Below are positions 1 to 12,285 of a DNA stretch of 64,000 nt, piece after piece. Under the pieces are notes generated by a model, which made no database searches, was not told the DNA's origin, and saw only the letters and a program-made list of their open reading frames with translations. The translations under genes and the position numbers were made by a program. The stretch spans positions 2,356,001-2,420,000 of the forward strand of contig JAQFVV010000006.1 in the NCBI GenBank assembly GCA_028023455.1. The letters run 5' to 3'. The stretch is from Epiperipatus broadwayi. Taxonomy: Eukaryota; Animalia; Onychophora. Every line of letters begins with the position of its first letter. Positions within the stretch are counted from its first letter, which is position 1.

Positions 1-239
1 ATTTAGATAAGATCAGATCTAAAATAATTTGGCAAACTTTACCTAGTACTACTAAAGATTGAGATGCAAGCACTTTATCAACAGCTTCTTTAATACTAGC
101 ATATTTTCTTGGTGAGTAATATATCCTTGTTTGGAAAAAGCATGCTCGCTCTAAACTTTTAGACAATATTACCATATTCACCACTTCTTTTTTTTTTGCT
201 GTAATATTTTATATAAGTGCAATTCATCCACTCTACTTT

Positions 240-400
240 GAACACTTTTTAGCAAAATCTTTTATTGTACATATATATGTACACAACCTTATGTTTCAAC
301 TGTCCTGCAGTCTTCTTCAGAGCCATGATATAATGAACAAAATAAAATGCATAACTGTATAAATAATACCATAAAAAATGTAAGCAATAAAATTTAATAA
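240..400 (-). mobile_element. Non-autonomous PLE-like 3' end (pLTR fragment), family shared with 11765-11930
   Basis: Aligns by eye with 11765-11930; carries a hammerhead followed ~25 nt later by AATAAA on the minus strand. Confidence 0.55.
287..323 (-). ncRNA. Degenerate minimal type I hammerhead ribozyme
   Basis: Minus strand: gct CTGAAGA a gactg cagga cagtt GAAA ca TA agg; stem II gactg/cagtt, very short stem I. Confidence 0.55.
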
Positions 401-1362
401 ATAATCAAACCCAAATAAAATCCAGTTAATATAAAATAACATATATACAATATAAATATAAAATACATATAAATTATACATGTGTATTCCTGACTGTAAT
501 ATTCATGAACAATTACCAGAGAAACATTGCTGGAACACTCAAGCCCACTTTTTTGCACCAAAATTGTCTCACAGAACATGTATCAAAAGCTATTAAGTAG
601 ATTAGATTTGCCGATAATTCATGATTTAGTTTCATCAGTTATGGCTCATCTCAAATCAAGATCCTTTTTTAGAATGTTCAACCAGTAATTTCATCAAAAA
701 AATTTGGAATAATAAATGGATTTTTATGATGTTATGAACAAATTTATGTGATATGTATTATTACCCTACATCAAATATCTCACAATTATCTCAATAATAT
801 AAATACATATAACAATATAAAATAAAATACATATAAATTATATATAACAATATAATATAAATACATATATTATGTTCACATCTCACAGTGGTGCCACCTG
901 GATTTGATCTGTGTAAACATCTGCTTTATTAATAAAAATTAATAGCCATTCTTCTATGTTGATGTCATCAAACAAAACCATCAGCCACATAGTTAATAAT
1001 TACCAAGCCCACGAATACTGTAGTGAATTGAAGGACTTGATAAAGCCACAATTAAATCCGTTTCATTTAAATCTCACTAGATTTTTTTTTTGTAATATTT
1101 TGCTAATAGTCAATCTGCCTTAACATAAACTAAACAACTTAAGAAATTGATTTTTTTTTTAAAAACTCAACTGAAAATTATGGAATTTTTGATTCCATCA
1201 TTATTCTATTACTGCGTTAGAACATATGGGGTATCCTTAGCAAAGCATCTAGGCATAGATCTTTCATCTGCAGCTTGACTTACAATGTATAGACTAAGAC
1301 AGTTGAACAGAGAAGATCACAATACTGGCTAAGAAAAAAGTCATGAATCAGAAAACTTTACC

Positions 1363-1461
1363 TGGTCGAGAGGTCAGCACGACTGCCTTGCACTTGCAGG
1401 CAGTTGCCCGGGTTGTGGGTTCGCATCCGGGCTGATGCTATGACACTTAAAAAAAAAAAAA
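1363..1461 (+). mobile_element. tRNA-Gly-derived SINE, 5'-clipped
   Basis: A-box-like tggtcgagagg, B-box gggttcgcatcc, shared 3' end gatgctatgaca plus poly(A). Confidence 0.7.
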
Positions 1462-2333
1462 GTAAAATTCTAACGTGAAAATAATTTGATAGTAATTTAT
1501 CATTAATGTTTAATAATAAAAAAAAACAGTCGTCGATGTAGAACAACCTCATTGGCAAGCAAATTCTTTCAAATTACAGTTCTACATATTATAGACTTCT
1601 GATTTAAATAATCCATCTTTTTTGCAATGCAGAGATATTAACAGCATAAAATTTTTGTAGCCTCCATCAAAAGTGTCTTTGACTAATTCTCAAGAACTTA
1701 TGTTTTATTCCCCTGTAAAGTTTCCTTCATTAACGTGTTTTATATTTCCAAAACTAAATTAACCAAAACTACATTTAAATTCGTTGCTATAGATCATTTT
1801 TTTCCTTCACAAAATATTACATTTCAAACATAAATTTGTGTACTGTAGTCACATTTTCATTATGATTTAAATACTTTACCTCTGTAGTTAAAAGCATGTT
1901 TTTTCTGAATATTTTTTTAATCATGAAGAGTGTTGTTATTGCAGAATCATTTTTGTAATAATAGATTGCTTTAATAAATTTTTTGAAAGATTTAATGTAA
2001 ATTAAACAAAACATTTATATAAATAAATTTTTAAATGTTAATAAAGCTAAATTAAAATTTACATTTTTAAATATTTGTTATATTTGATATTTACTGGAGC
2101 ATCCTCTGGGTAAAAAAAATTTTTTTTTCCAATAGTCAGTTATGACTCATAATTCTAAGTTGTTTTTTTTTAGTTTTATTAATAGTTACTGTTTATTGTA
2201 ATTTTTTTATTAAATATATTTGTAATATTTTTTACTTAATTGGTTGCTTTAACAATTTTTTTTTAAGATTTAATGCAAATCTGTTTTTTTATTGAACATT
2301 GCACATTTATAAAAATTGGTTAACATTGCTATA

Positions 2334-2561
2334 ATTATAAATTTATTTAATGCACATTGATTATGTAAGTAATATTTACTAAGGCAATAAACCTTTAAGC
2401 ATCTGCGCTTGAAAATATGAAGGTAGGGACCTCTACAGGTCTTAACCACAAACTTACTCTTTTCTTCTAAAGAGTAAGCTTGTGGGTAAGACCTGTAGAG
2501 GTCCCTACCTTCGTATTTTCAAGTGCACATACTTAAAGGTTTATTGCTTTAGTAAATATTA
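2334..2561. repeat. Fold-back palindrome (~92-bp arms, 2370-2561) with one-sided 36-bp tail and 13-bp TSD
   Basis: Near-perfect inverted arms around a ttcttct loop; direct repeat taacattgctata at 2321-2333 and 2560-2572. Confidence 0.85.
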
Positions 2562-3554
2562 ACATTGCTATATACATTGTTCATCTGAAATATTAGAGGA
2601 TTGACAGATCTTGAAAGTATGGAATGCCTCAATGTCAAATTATGGTTGACATTTGTGGCTATTTCTGCAGCTGGATGGGAACTTTTATCATGAAATATAT
2701 ACTAAATCTCTGTAGTTAAGAGTACTGTACTGACTTTTTTTTCCAACATTTTTTATTTAATGGCAGAATTACTTCTGTTAGTGATTGTGATGTCATAGGA
2801 CAAACATTCATTCACCAGTCAGATTGCAGAGAATTTACAAATTTTATATATAAGATATCAGGACTCAATAAATTGAACTCGATTTACAATTTTTTAAAAA
2901 AATTCTAAAAATGCATATTTGAACTTTGCAAGTAATGAAAAAACTGAATTCATAATGATAACAAAAGATGCTTTCATTATTGACCAGCTGAGTGATTTCA
3001 GAAAATGAATGAAATCTTTTCTAATTGAAATTTGTATTTAAATTGTGAATGAATAAACATTCATCTCAGATAAATCTTAAAATTGCTTTCTAATTTTTAG
3101 AGTATCTCAAAAGATCCTGACACAGTGCTGGTAATGATGCATTAGAAATCAGTTTTATAAGGTATGGATATCAGAAAGTTATTTTTTTCCCAACATTACA
3201 TTGGCATTTATTATCTTAAATTTTTAAAAATAAAACATATATGTATAAAATAATAGTGTCATAGTACATTTGATTTTTAACAGTTATTGAACAACTATTG
3301 TATGAAAATAATTGTGAAACTTAATAAATTTTCATTCCCTCAAAACAAACTAGTTTTTAATTATTTTAAAATTTATCTTGAAATAATCTTGCAAATGGTC
3401 TCAAAGTGGATATACAAAAGAGTATATCCATCAAACAAAGAGTTGGAGGCAGGAATAAAATACCTCAACTTTGACACAATTTGATTGTTTTCAACTCTAA
3501 TTTTTTTAATTAAAAATCAAAATATAAAAGTATATAGTCAAAATAAGAGTCATA

Positions 3555-3735
3555 GATCACGTGACCCTATCTCTTAAGCTTGTAAGTTATAAACAATGAG
3601 GATTGCCAATTCCTCTACAAGCTTTGTGATAAATGCTTAGTCAGAGCCAGCACTTAAAATATTTCTGTCAGGAACCCCTCCCAAAACCCCTGACCATGGT
3701 TTCATGCTTTGGCACTCCTCAGAGAGGTGTCAGGT
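3555..3735 (-). mobile_element. Short 5'-truncated hammerhead-bearing retroelement
   Basis: Flanked by near-TSD aaataagagtcata / aaataaaagtata; tail gatcacgtgaccctatctcttaagcttg resembles the tail of the 12 kb and 53 kb elements. Confidence 0.6.
3687..3727 (-). ncRNA. Minimal type I hammerhead ribozyme, apparently intact
   Basis: Minus strand: cctct CTGAGGA gtgc caaa gcat GAAA ccatgg TC agggg; stem I cctct/agggg, palindromic stem III ACCATGGT, GUC site. Confidence 0.85.
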
Positions 3736-5504
3736 AAATAAAAGTATATGATTTAACAACAAAAAGAAGTCAAATATCTCAATAGATGGCTGTACAAATG
3801 AAATTTGAATTTAACACGATTAGACTTTTTCTAGATTTCTCTGAACGGAGACTATTGATCTGAAATAGGGAAGAATTAAGTATGTTAATATTCGGATTTT
3901 ATTATAAAATCTCATCTTTTATCAATATTAGTAAAGTTAACATCTGATATACATATGTGTGTGTGCGTGATATTATTGATAATATAAATAAATAATAGCA
4001 GTATCTTGACTTTAAATATAATTTTGAAGCTTTGGGTTTTTAATATTTTTTCAATAGCTTTTATTTTTAGCATTTATTATTAATACAAACATTGGTATTA
4101 TTTTATATATGTTTTATATAAGATATAAATGTAAATTAATCTTCATAGTTCTTTGATGGGGCGGGGGGGCATCTCTTCAACAGCTCTTCACAAGGAAACA
4201 GTAAAGGCGAAGACATTATTCAGCAGGCTTTCTAATTGACAGGTTTGAAGGTTTGAGTAGTTTTTCCAATATTTATTTCAGCTTGTATCTAAGAATAGCT
4301 AGCTCTATTCCCATTTACCAACCGATGTTGGATGATTAGTTAGTAGGCAAACTTTCTAAAGGAAATCCTAACCCCTGTCAGGCTAAATATATCTGGCCTG
4401 AATTTAAATTCAAGTTATAGGTCATGATAAAAGGGTCTAATATCATTACCTCATAAGCCTTATGATATAATTCAATATTTTATTAATCAATATTTGAATG
4501 ATTTATTGTTTGGGAATTTACAACATGTTCGGACACTGGAGGTAATAGATTAAAGCCATAATTTAAGGTCCTTTCTGCTCTAGAATCTGATAATCTACCG
4601 CTGCACTAAAACATAGAAGTTATATATATAATTTATTGTAGATATTATTTAAATTAATTTTACAATCATTTTGTAAAAGTTGTACAATATCATTTTTGCT
4701 AATATGTATGTCTATTTTCTTGGTATCTTTATCTAAGTCTTTTTAGTTCTTTATTTAATTTTTAAATGTCACTTTTGATGGATGATAGTAAAATAATCAT
4801 TTATTTTAAAGATGAGGAAATATTGACCAAATTAAATGTCTTTTTTTTTTCATGTTATGGCTTCTTATATAAAAATAGATGTTTAATATTGGTTATTAGT
4901 ATAGCTTCATTGTTTATATACATTTATAGGGCTTTTTTAAAATCATGATGTCTTGTGACTAGATATAATACTTGTAACTACTTCATGATAAGAGATTTAT
5001 TCTTGGAAGTGGGGGGAGGGGGTGCTTTGTTACATTAAGAAATTAAATTTTAAAAAATTTATATTGATTTTTATTTTGAAATATGGAATTAGTTTTAAAG
5101 ATTAAAAATTGTTGTATATTTAAACAACCATATTGACCGATCAATCATTGTAATGTAATGGTTAGTGCATTTGGCTGAAATATCGTAACATGGGGGTTTG
5201 AAAGAGAATGAGATAAAATTTGGGGAATTTTTTAGATATCAGTGAGGCTTAGAAAGTTTTTTGTTAAGATAAGCTTTCCTTGGCCAAGCTAGTTAACCAT
5301 CTACTGTTGGTCAGTAGATGGATAAGCAGTAATCATAGAGGATGAAATAAGGATGTAGAACCATGACTTGAAATTTGAATCTGGTTCCAATAAAATTTGG
5401 AATTATTTCAGATACCAATGAGGCTTATAACTTTTTTGTTAGAGTAGGCATTCTCATGAAGTATTTTAACTTTATCTTTCTTATTGCATTGCCAAATTCA
5501 TATA

Positions 5505-5690
5505 ATATTAATATCATCTATGTTCTGTATTACTTTTTACAATGCTTTTATGGGAACCCATTATTGACAGTTTCGATTGAACAGTTCTGAACATTTCTGA
5601 AGAAGATTGCTGGGGCAATTGAAACTGTCAATAGTGAGTTGTTAAAAAGCATTATAAAAAGTAATAAAAAACATAGATGACATTATTATA
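5505..5690. repeat. Head-to-head inverted repeat containing a hammerhead (right arm) and a half-hammerhead (left arm)
   Basis: Arms align in reverse complement (tcatctatgtt...tattgacag / ctgtcaatag...aacatagatga); 5562-5579 is the reverse complement of caatcgaaactgtcaata. Confidence 0.75.
5594..5633 (+). ncRNA. Minimal type I hammerhead ribozyme (21 kb family), weak stem I
   Basis: ttt CTGAAGA a gattg ctgggg caatt GAAA ctg TC aat; identical core and stem II to 21210-21256. Confidence 0.7.
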
Positions 5691-8248
5691 ATAATAGTAG
5701 ACATTTTATGACTGAGTTGGCTAACCATCTACTGATGGTCAATCATCACTCAAAAAATGTAAAACATGCTTTTAAAATCTTCTTGACTGTTTTTCCATGT
5801 GGTTCTGCCAGAAAGGGTTTTGTACTACAAGGGACTACCATTTAAAATGCACCTTATCTTTACTTATTGGAAGATAATTTTTGAATACTATAGATTGTGG
5901 ATCCCTTTATTTTTCAACATACTGATTATATGCTATTTCTTTTTTAATATGATTAAGTCTACATTTCTTCTAGATGGAGTTTTTGTATGAATACACAGTA
6001 AATAGTAATAGACTTTTAATTTTTTTATAATTTATTAAACTAGGTAGCTGCTAATTAATGAATGTGTGTTTACCTTTTTTCCTTTATCTGAAAGCTATGA
6101 ATTGAAATTATTTAACCATGTTAAATGGTTTAGAGGGTGGGTTGTCGAACATTCAGCTGAAAAAACTTAAAATTACTCGAGGATTTCTTTAAGTATTTCA
6201 ATAATTTTCAACTCCACTCAGAATTTTGGGTCATGTGAATAACTTCCCAATGCATTAAGCACTATACCACAAGGTATTTATTTTTATGGATATAAATAAG
6301 TGAATACTTTCTCAAGAGCTCATATAATATTTAATTATCACTAGTAACAGATTGAGTGTTTATTCAGGAACCTTCAGTTCCTGACTCTGCCATTCTACTG
6401 CTGAGATAAACCACATGTAGGCAGAGTAATCAAATGGTTAGACATTCAGGAGATAATGGAACCTTTGAACATGGAAACAATCAATGGGCTTTGGCTAGGA
6501 ATGTTTTGTTTTTATGTTCTTTCCATCATCTTATTGTGAATAACATTCTGGAATCTTGAACTCTGAAGTGTATATCTTTCTACTATTGTGCTAGCCCACT
6601 TATAGCACTGATAATTAAAACAATCAAGATGGTCAGGGAGTCATGTGACATTAAACCCCGAAAATGATTGTTTGAACTTTTATCTAGGAGGGTTTAACTT
6701 CTTAAGTCTATACTTCTACTGCTGAACTAATCAGATTATTGTTAATGGATGAGGCACTGTAAAATTGGGAAATGGCAAAACCAGTGTCCATATGAATTAT
6801 TAATTGTGCAAGCATTGGTTTAATACATTATAGATGCATAAACAGGTATTTATTTCCACCAGTAATTTTTCAGCAACTATAAAGTATGCTTCAACATAAC
6901 GAGTCATGGAGCTGGAATGATTGCGTTATGGTTTTTTATGGCTTGAACATTAATTTCTACATAGAAGAATGTAAACGGTTACCTTCATCATTGGTCATTG
7001 AAGCATTGTCATGGATAACTACCTTCAGGTGGTTTAGGGAATTTTTCAGGGACATAGTTTGTTTCATGTTAACAAACATACAGGATGGCTTACTACAGCA
7101 GTTTATAGCATAATTATTTCTTTTTTCTCCATCCACATTTTTTTTTCTGAAAGAATTGTTGAAACATAGTAGCTTGAATCTTGTGTTATAATTAGTTAAA
7201 CTTTACTAAATTTCGTAAATGAATTATTATAAAATATATTCTATGCTTTTTTATGCCTAATATCAATTAGTTGCTTGTAATTCACTTATACATTTTTGCC
7301 TTTTCTTATAAAATTGTAATTAGGAATAATCACTTTGGAAGCACTGAGCTGAGTTTGCATTCAATCTCTAAAACAATATCATAGCAAACCAGCCACAAAT
7401 TGGAGGTTGTTTTTCTATGATTGTGATACCATTTTAGAGATATCTAAACATACTCAGCATGCTATACTAACTCTATAAGCTTTCCGTTAACTTTTTTTAT
7501 CTTTTTCACTTCCAAAGTTCTTTGTTTGTTTATTTTTTCTATTTAAAAAAGTATATGCTATGAAAAACTTTGTGGTAAGGTGGCAGCTTATTCTCTTGCT
7601 ATGATAATCCCGAGTTTGAATGTGGCTAGTCTTACTAATCGTCTATTGCTCAATAAATGGGTATTTAGCTATTCTTAACTAGAGGAATGAAAACATGAAT
7701 AGAGAATTTGGTCAACACCCAACAGATGCAAGCCTAGTGAATACTGCCCTCTTTTTTACTATTACATTGAAGAATGTTATGAAGTAGGTTGTTTATAGAC
7801 CATCTTATCTACCTTCACTGTGAAGAACAATAAATAGCCTGGAGTATATTTTCTGATAGGCTTAAGATTATATTTAAAAGATCTATTTTATCAAGTTTAA
7901 AAAGAAGTGCTAATTTGGAATTTATCATTAACTAAAAAAAAAAAAAAGAAGTGCTTTCAATCAATATAGTAAACCTGTTTTAGCTTTGTAAATAAAAGTA
8001 TTGGGTAATACTAGAAAATTTAAAGATAAGTTTAGCAAAAGATAGATGAGATATAAGTTCGCTGTGAAGTTTTCTGCATCAGTTGGAAAAATAAAATTGC
8101 AAAGAAGGATTTGCATGAGAGATTACAAATTGTTGCTAATGGTTTTTTATGCATAATAAATATTATGTTAGTATTAACTTAAATTTTTTGACACAGATAG
8201 TGTTAAGTTGTTGATTTTTTCAGAGATATATATAACCATTCATAGCCT

Positions 8249-8556
8249 GAAAACGCAATATATGGGTAAGAGAACAAACAGGTGTTACTGACCTCATTGA
8301 AAAAATTCTGAATTAGAGTTGGGCTGGACATATTACTAGAAGAAATGATAATAGATGGACAATTGAAATCTTAGACTGGATTCCAAGAAATTGTAAAAGA
8401 CCCAGAAAGAGACCATATGTGAGATGGGTGGATGTAATAAGAAAGTGCAGGGGTGATGTGGAGAAGAGAAGCTTAGGATCGGAGAAGATGGTTTGAACTT
8501 GGAGAGACCATCATCCTGCGGTGGATTGATAATGGTTGATGATGATGATGATGATG
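8249..8556 (+). mobile_element. RTE LINE 3' fragment with (GAT)n tail
   Basis: Homologous to the RT C-terminus at 33134-33790 (WAGHI..R..D..W motif); ends in gatgatgat. Confidence 0.9.
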
Positions 8557-8844
8557 AGCCATCCTAATTAACTATCCAATTGGAATTTAGATATTCTTAG
8601 CACTAGAGTCCAAAGGTCACAGTTGGTCAGATGTGCTTCATTGTGCTGGTTGCAAAAATAAAAATATAAATTTATAACCTCAATTATTGACATGAAGATA
8701 TCATGCTTCTACAGTTTCTGAGCTTATGGTTACATTTTCATATTCTAGCTTCAGTTGTTTAATATTGATTGTAAGGAATAGCCAATAATTTGGTCATGTA
8801 TGGTGAGTGATCCTGTAAATAAATTCAATTGTGAACTCAATTTT

Positions 8845-9125
8845 TGTGTAATTCCAATTATAATTTGATCTGCACCTTTGCAGGTTTAATAGTGATTATG
8901 TTTTGAATTGCATTTTTTGAAAGTGTGATTCTAATTACATTTTGAACTGAATCTGTGCAGATGTGACTTCTTTTGTTTTTTGAATTGCATTTTTGCAAAT
9001 CTGACTCCAGTTATGGTTTGAACTTCATCTTTGCAGGTGTGATTCCAATTACCTTTTAAACTAAGCTTTTTGCAAATGTAATTCCAGTGTAGTTTTGATT
9101 TGAATCTTCACAAATATATAATTCT
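8845..9125. repeat. Degenerate minisatellite, 38-39-bp period, ~7 units
   Basis: Unit ends tgcag/tgcaa recur at 8883, 8922, 8960, 8998, 9036, 9075, 9113. Confidence 0.7.
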
Positions 9126-11146
9126 TCATTGTAAAGAAACTTTATAGTTTGAAGACTCACTAATGCAGTTGTGAATGTGTTATACTTGCTACCCAAAGCC
9201 AGATTGAGTAGCAACATTACTTTGGTCAAGTGGAAATACTTGATCATCATCATTGATAAGTAGTCATTGTTTATCAGTTTTTTAATGATTTACTGTAAGC
9301 ATCTCAATTTCAGAGTTTCATTATCACCTGCAATGTGGCCCTACATCATTAAGGTGTTTATAAATAAACATCATTGCTTGAAGATTCAGTAATGGAAGTA
9401 TGGTTGTGGTTATGATAGATCTCTTTTTGTATGTTCAAACATCATACTTATACTACATATATAATGTAGATCTGATTAGGTTTTTAAATGATAAATCTTA
9501 ACAACTTGTTATCTCCTGTAGAATAACATTTTGAAAAGGACTTGTTTAATTTCCTTGATGAATTCTTGCACGATGTATGATGTGTGGTAAGGTTGTAGAC
9601 CCTGGTTCTCAAGTTCCATTGATTGTAGTTCAAGCCCATTACTTTTGAATCTCTAGTTTGTAGCGAATCTTATGAATTTTGTATTGCTTCGTTACAATGA
9701 AAATAGTGCCCTGTTCAGCTTAAGTTAGTGAAATATTTGTTGTCTCAAGAGCTAAATGTTGCCAACTGATGAATTGAAAAAGTCTTAATTTGGTCACTTT
9801 TTCAACCTTCCACTTGGATGTTTAAACATTACACAATCTCCCAACCGATTAATAACCAATTATAATAGATAAATAGTAAAACGTTCTTTAAATAATTCAT
9901 AACTGAGCAAAAGTCAATTGTTCACAGTACAATTTGCCTCTCTTGTTTTTACTTTCTAGCTAAGAATAGCTAGATAGCTATTTGGATGTCTAACTGATTT
10001 GGCCAGGAGCGTGTTACCTTTAACGGAGCGATATTTAAATGTTTATTGAGCTATTTGTTTGTACTAGAATGCTTAGAAGCGGCCGCGCACACACAATACA
10101 AATGTCTGATTTTTAAAGGTGTTTAAATATGATTTTTTTTTCTCACAATATTTACTGTATATATGTAGTCTCATTTTAAGAATATATGATAAAATTGCAG
10201 TTTTAATTCTAATAGAGAAATGCTGTAAGCTGATAAACTGAAAGAAGATGGCACGTACTTCAGAAATCTTAAAAGTTTTAATCGGGAGAAGCACATTTTT
10301 GGCTTCGGCAATTTTTAATCAGCTCTAAATACCTTTCTCAATGCCCAATTCATGAGTTGAAGCTTAGATTCCTTCCGACCTATTCTTTTGTAAAATTGCC
10401 TCATGTCATTCTTCTTCAGCTCATTAAAAGTTCAACTTGTTAATGGTCTGGTAAACTCTTTTAAAGAGTGACATATCTTCACTTTTTAGATGGAATGGCT
10501 CTTGCTGTCTTAGCAAACAAATCTTTTAACATTGTTAGTTTAATCTTTTTTTTTCCAATATACATTTATTTTTTTTACTTTAAATTTAAATATATATATA
10601 TATCCGTACATGCGTGTCTAAATGATTAACTATGATAAATGACTGCATTACAAACCTGCATAGATTAATAATGATTTTTGCGATTAATGATAAGTAAATA
10701 ATTTGTATAATTAAAACCTTTATCAAAAATAGTAATAATTGATTCTTACTGTCTACGTGAAATAGTTGTGGCAAGGTGTGCTACCTGGTAATAATTTTTT
10801 AATCAGTAAATAAAGCCCAAAACAAACATCTTAATCTCTTTAATATACTCATCACATAGTTACTACATTAGGATTATAAGTATAGGGTTTGAACCCAGAT
10901 TTTTAAGCACCCTTCAACCATCCACACTATCTCATACAACTGATACACCTGACTACACACATTTTCAAATATTTACATTATGATTAGCAATGCATATCAT
11001 TTACTCTATTCCTGTTTCATCTGTTATAAGCTTGAGTGATTAATGCATCCTAGATGATAGTGTAAAATAATTCCGAGAAAGCGTGCGACCTGATTATTTA
11101 TCGGTAACTGGAATCCAAAAGAGGCATTTAATGGGTAATAAATATG

Positions 11147-11599
11147 TGCTTAACATAACATATCATCTAGTGCAGTTACCACATTAGGAGAAGGGTGTTT
11201 TAGACTATTTATTGTACTCCACATCATCTATTGTTAGTTTGGGTCATCAGTGGGCCAAAGATGATAATGCATCTGAATTCTTAGACTAATTTCTGGCAAC
11301 TGTCCCTCATAACCAGGGTACATTGGATTTTACCTACACATCCCTTTTATGCTATTCTTGCTAATGACCTCAGATTATGCTTAACATAACATCATCATGT
11401 AATACAGTTACCACATTAGGAGAAGGGTTTAGTCTATTATTGTACTCCATGTCATCTATTGTTAGTTTGGGTCATCTCTGGACCAAAAATAATAGTGCAT
11501 CCGAATTCTTAGACTAATTTCTGGCAACTGTCCCTCATAACCAGGGTACATTGGATTTTATCTGCACATCCCTTTTATGCTATTCTTGCTTAATGACCT
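11147..11599. repeat. Tandem duplication, 2 x ~231 bp
   Basis: gcttaacataac...ttatgctattcttgc repeated with a 231-bp offset and high identity. Confidence 0.9.
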
Positions 11600-11764
11600 G
11601 ATATTCAAACTGTGTAAATATTTAAATTAAATCCAGTTTGTTTATGAACCTATATAGATTTGACACTAATCTGATGATATATTTTAAATACCCCAGTAAA
11701 TAAATATATAACCAAATGCCTTTATTGCTCAAGAGATTGTAAGAACAATTTGGACACCTTACTT

Positions 11765-11930
11765 CAAACACTTTTTAGCCAAAAAATTTTTTTATTGTAT
11801 ATACACACACAATCTGATGTTTCAACTGTCAATGCAGTCTTCCTCAGAGCTATGATATAATGACAAATAAAAAAAATTAACTATATAAATAATACAACAA
11901 AAAAATAAAAAGTGTAAGTAATGAAATTAC
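11765..11930 (-). mobile_element. Non-autonomous PLE-like 3' end, second copy of the 240-400 family
   Basis: Pairwise similarity with 240-400 including the hammerhead. Confidence 0.55.
11813..11850 (-). ncRNA. Degenerate minimal type I hammerhead ribozyme
   Basis: Minus strand: gct CTGAGGA a gactg cattga cagtt GAAA ca TC aga; ca is probably a decayed cg (ACGT palindrome). Confidence 0.55.
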
Positions 11931-12164
11931 AAAACAGAATGGTAGATTTAGTGATGTTTGTGAAGAGTTTGTAAGAAGTTTGTGTATTGAAAGTAGCAGC
12001 AGTGGAATATGTGTATTATCTCTGTTATATAATAACATTAGATATAAACATCACATGACCACCACCTCTTATGCTTGTGTATAACTTGTTAAAACAGGCA
12101 AAACTCACTATACGTATTGCAGGCTTGTGCATAAAATCCTCATCTAGGGCCTACTCATCCAATA

Positions 12165-12206
12165 TCCCCAGACTAGTTTCTGACTTGTGGCCTTCGTCAG
12201 TGAGGA
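12165..12206 (-). ncRNA. Minimal type I hammerhead ribozyme (left arm)
   Basis: Minus strand: tcctca CTGACGA a ggc cacaa gtc a GAAA ctag TC tgggga. Confidence 0.8.
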
Positions 12207-12243
12207 GCCTTGGATCTAGGTGCAGTGCTCTCAGATCCAAGGC

Positions 12244-12285
12244 TCCTCACTGACGAAGGCCACAAGCCAGAAACTAGTCTGGGGA
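12244..12285 (+). ncRNA. Minimal type I hammerhead ribozyme (right arm)
   Basis: tcctca CTGACGA a ggc cacaa gcc a GAAA ctag TC tgggga; 6-bp stem I, palindromic ACTAGT stem III, GUC site. Confidence 0.85.

Noticed and set aside
394-870. Short AT-rich ORFs and repeated aatacatataaattata blocks
   Set aside because: Low-complexity sequence with I/L/F/Y/K-biased translations typical of non-coding AT-rich DNA; applies to most short ORFs in the track
1040-1230. Possible Tc1/mariner remnant (decayed SPDLxPxDFF region)
   Set aside because: Too degenerate to support by eye
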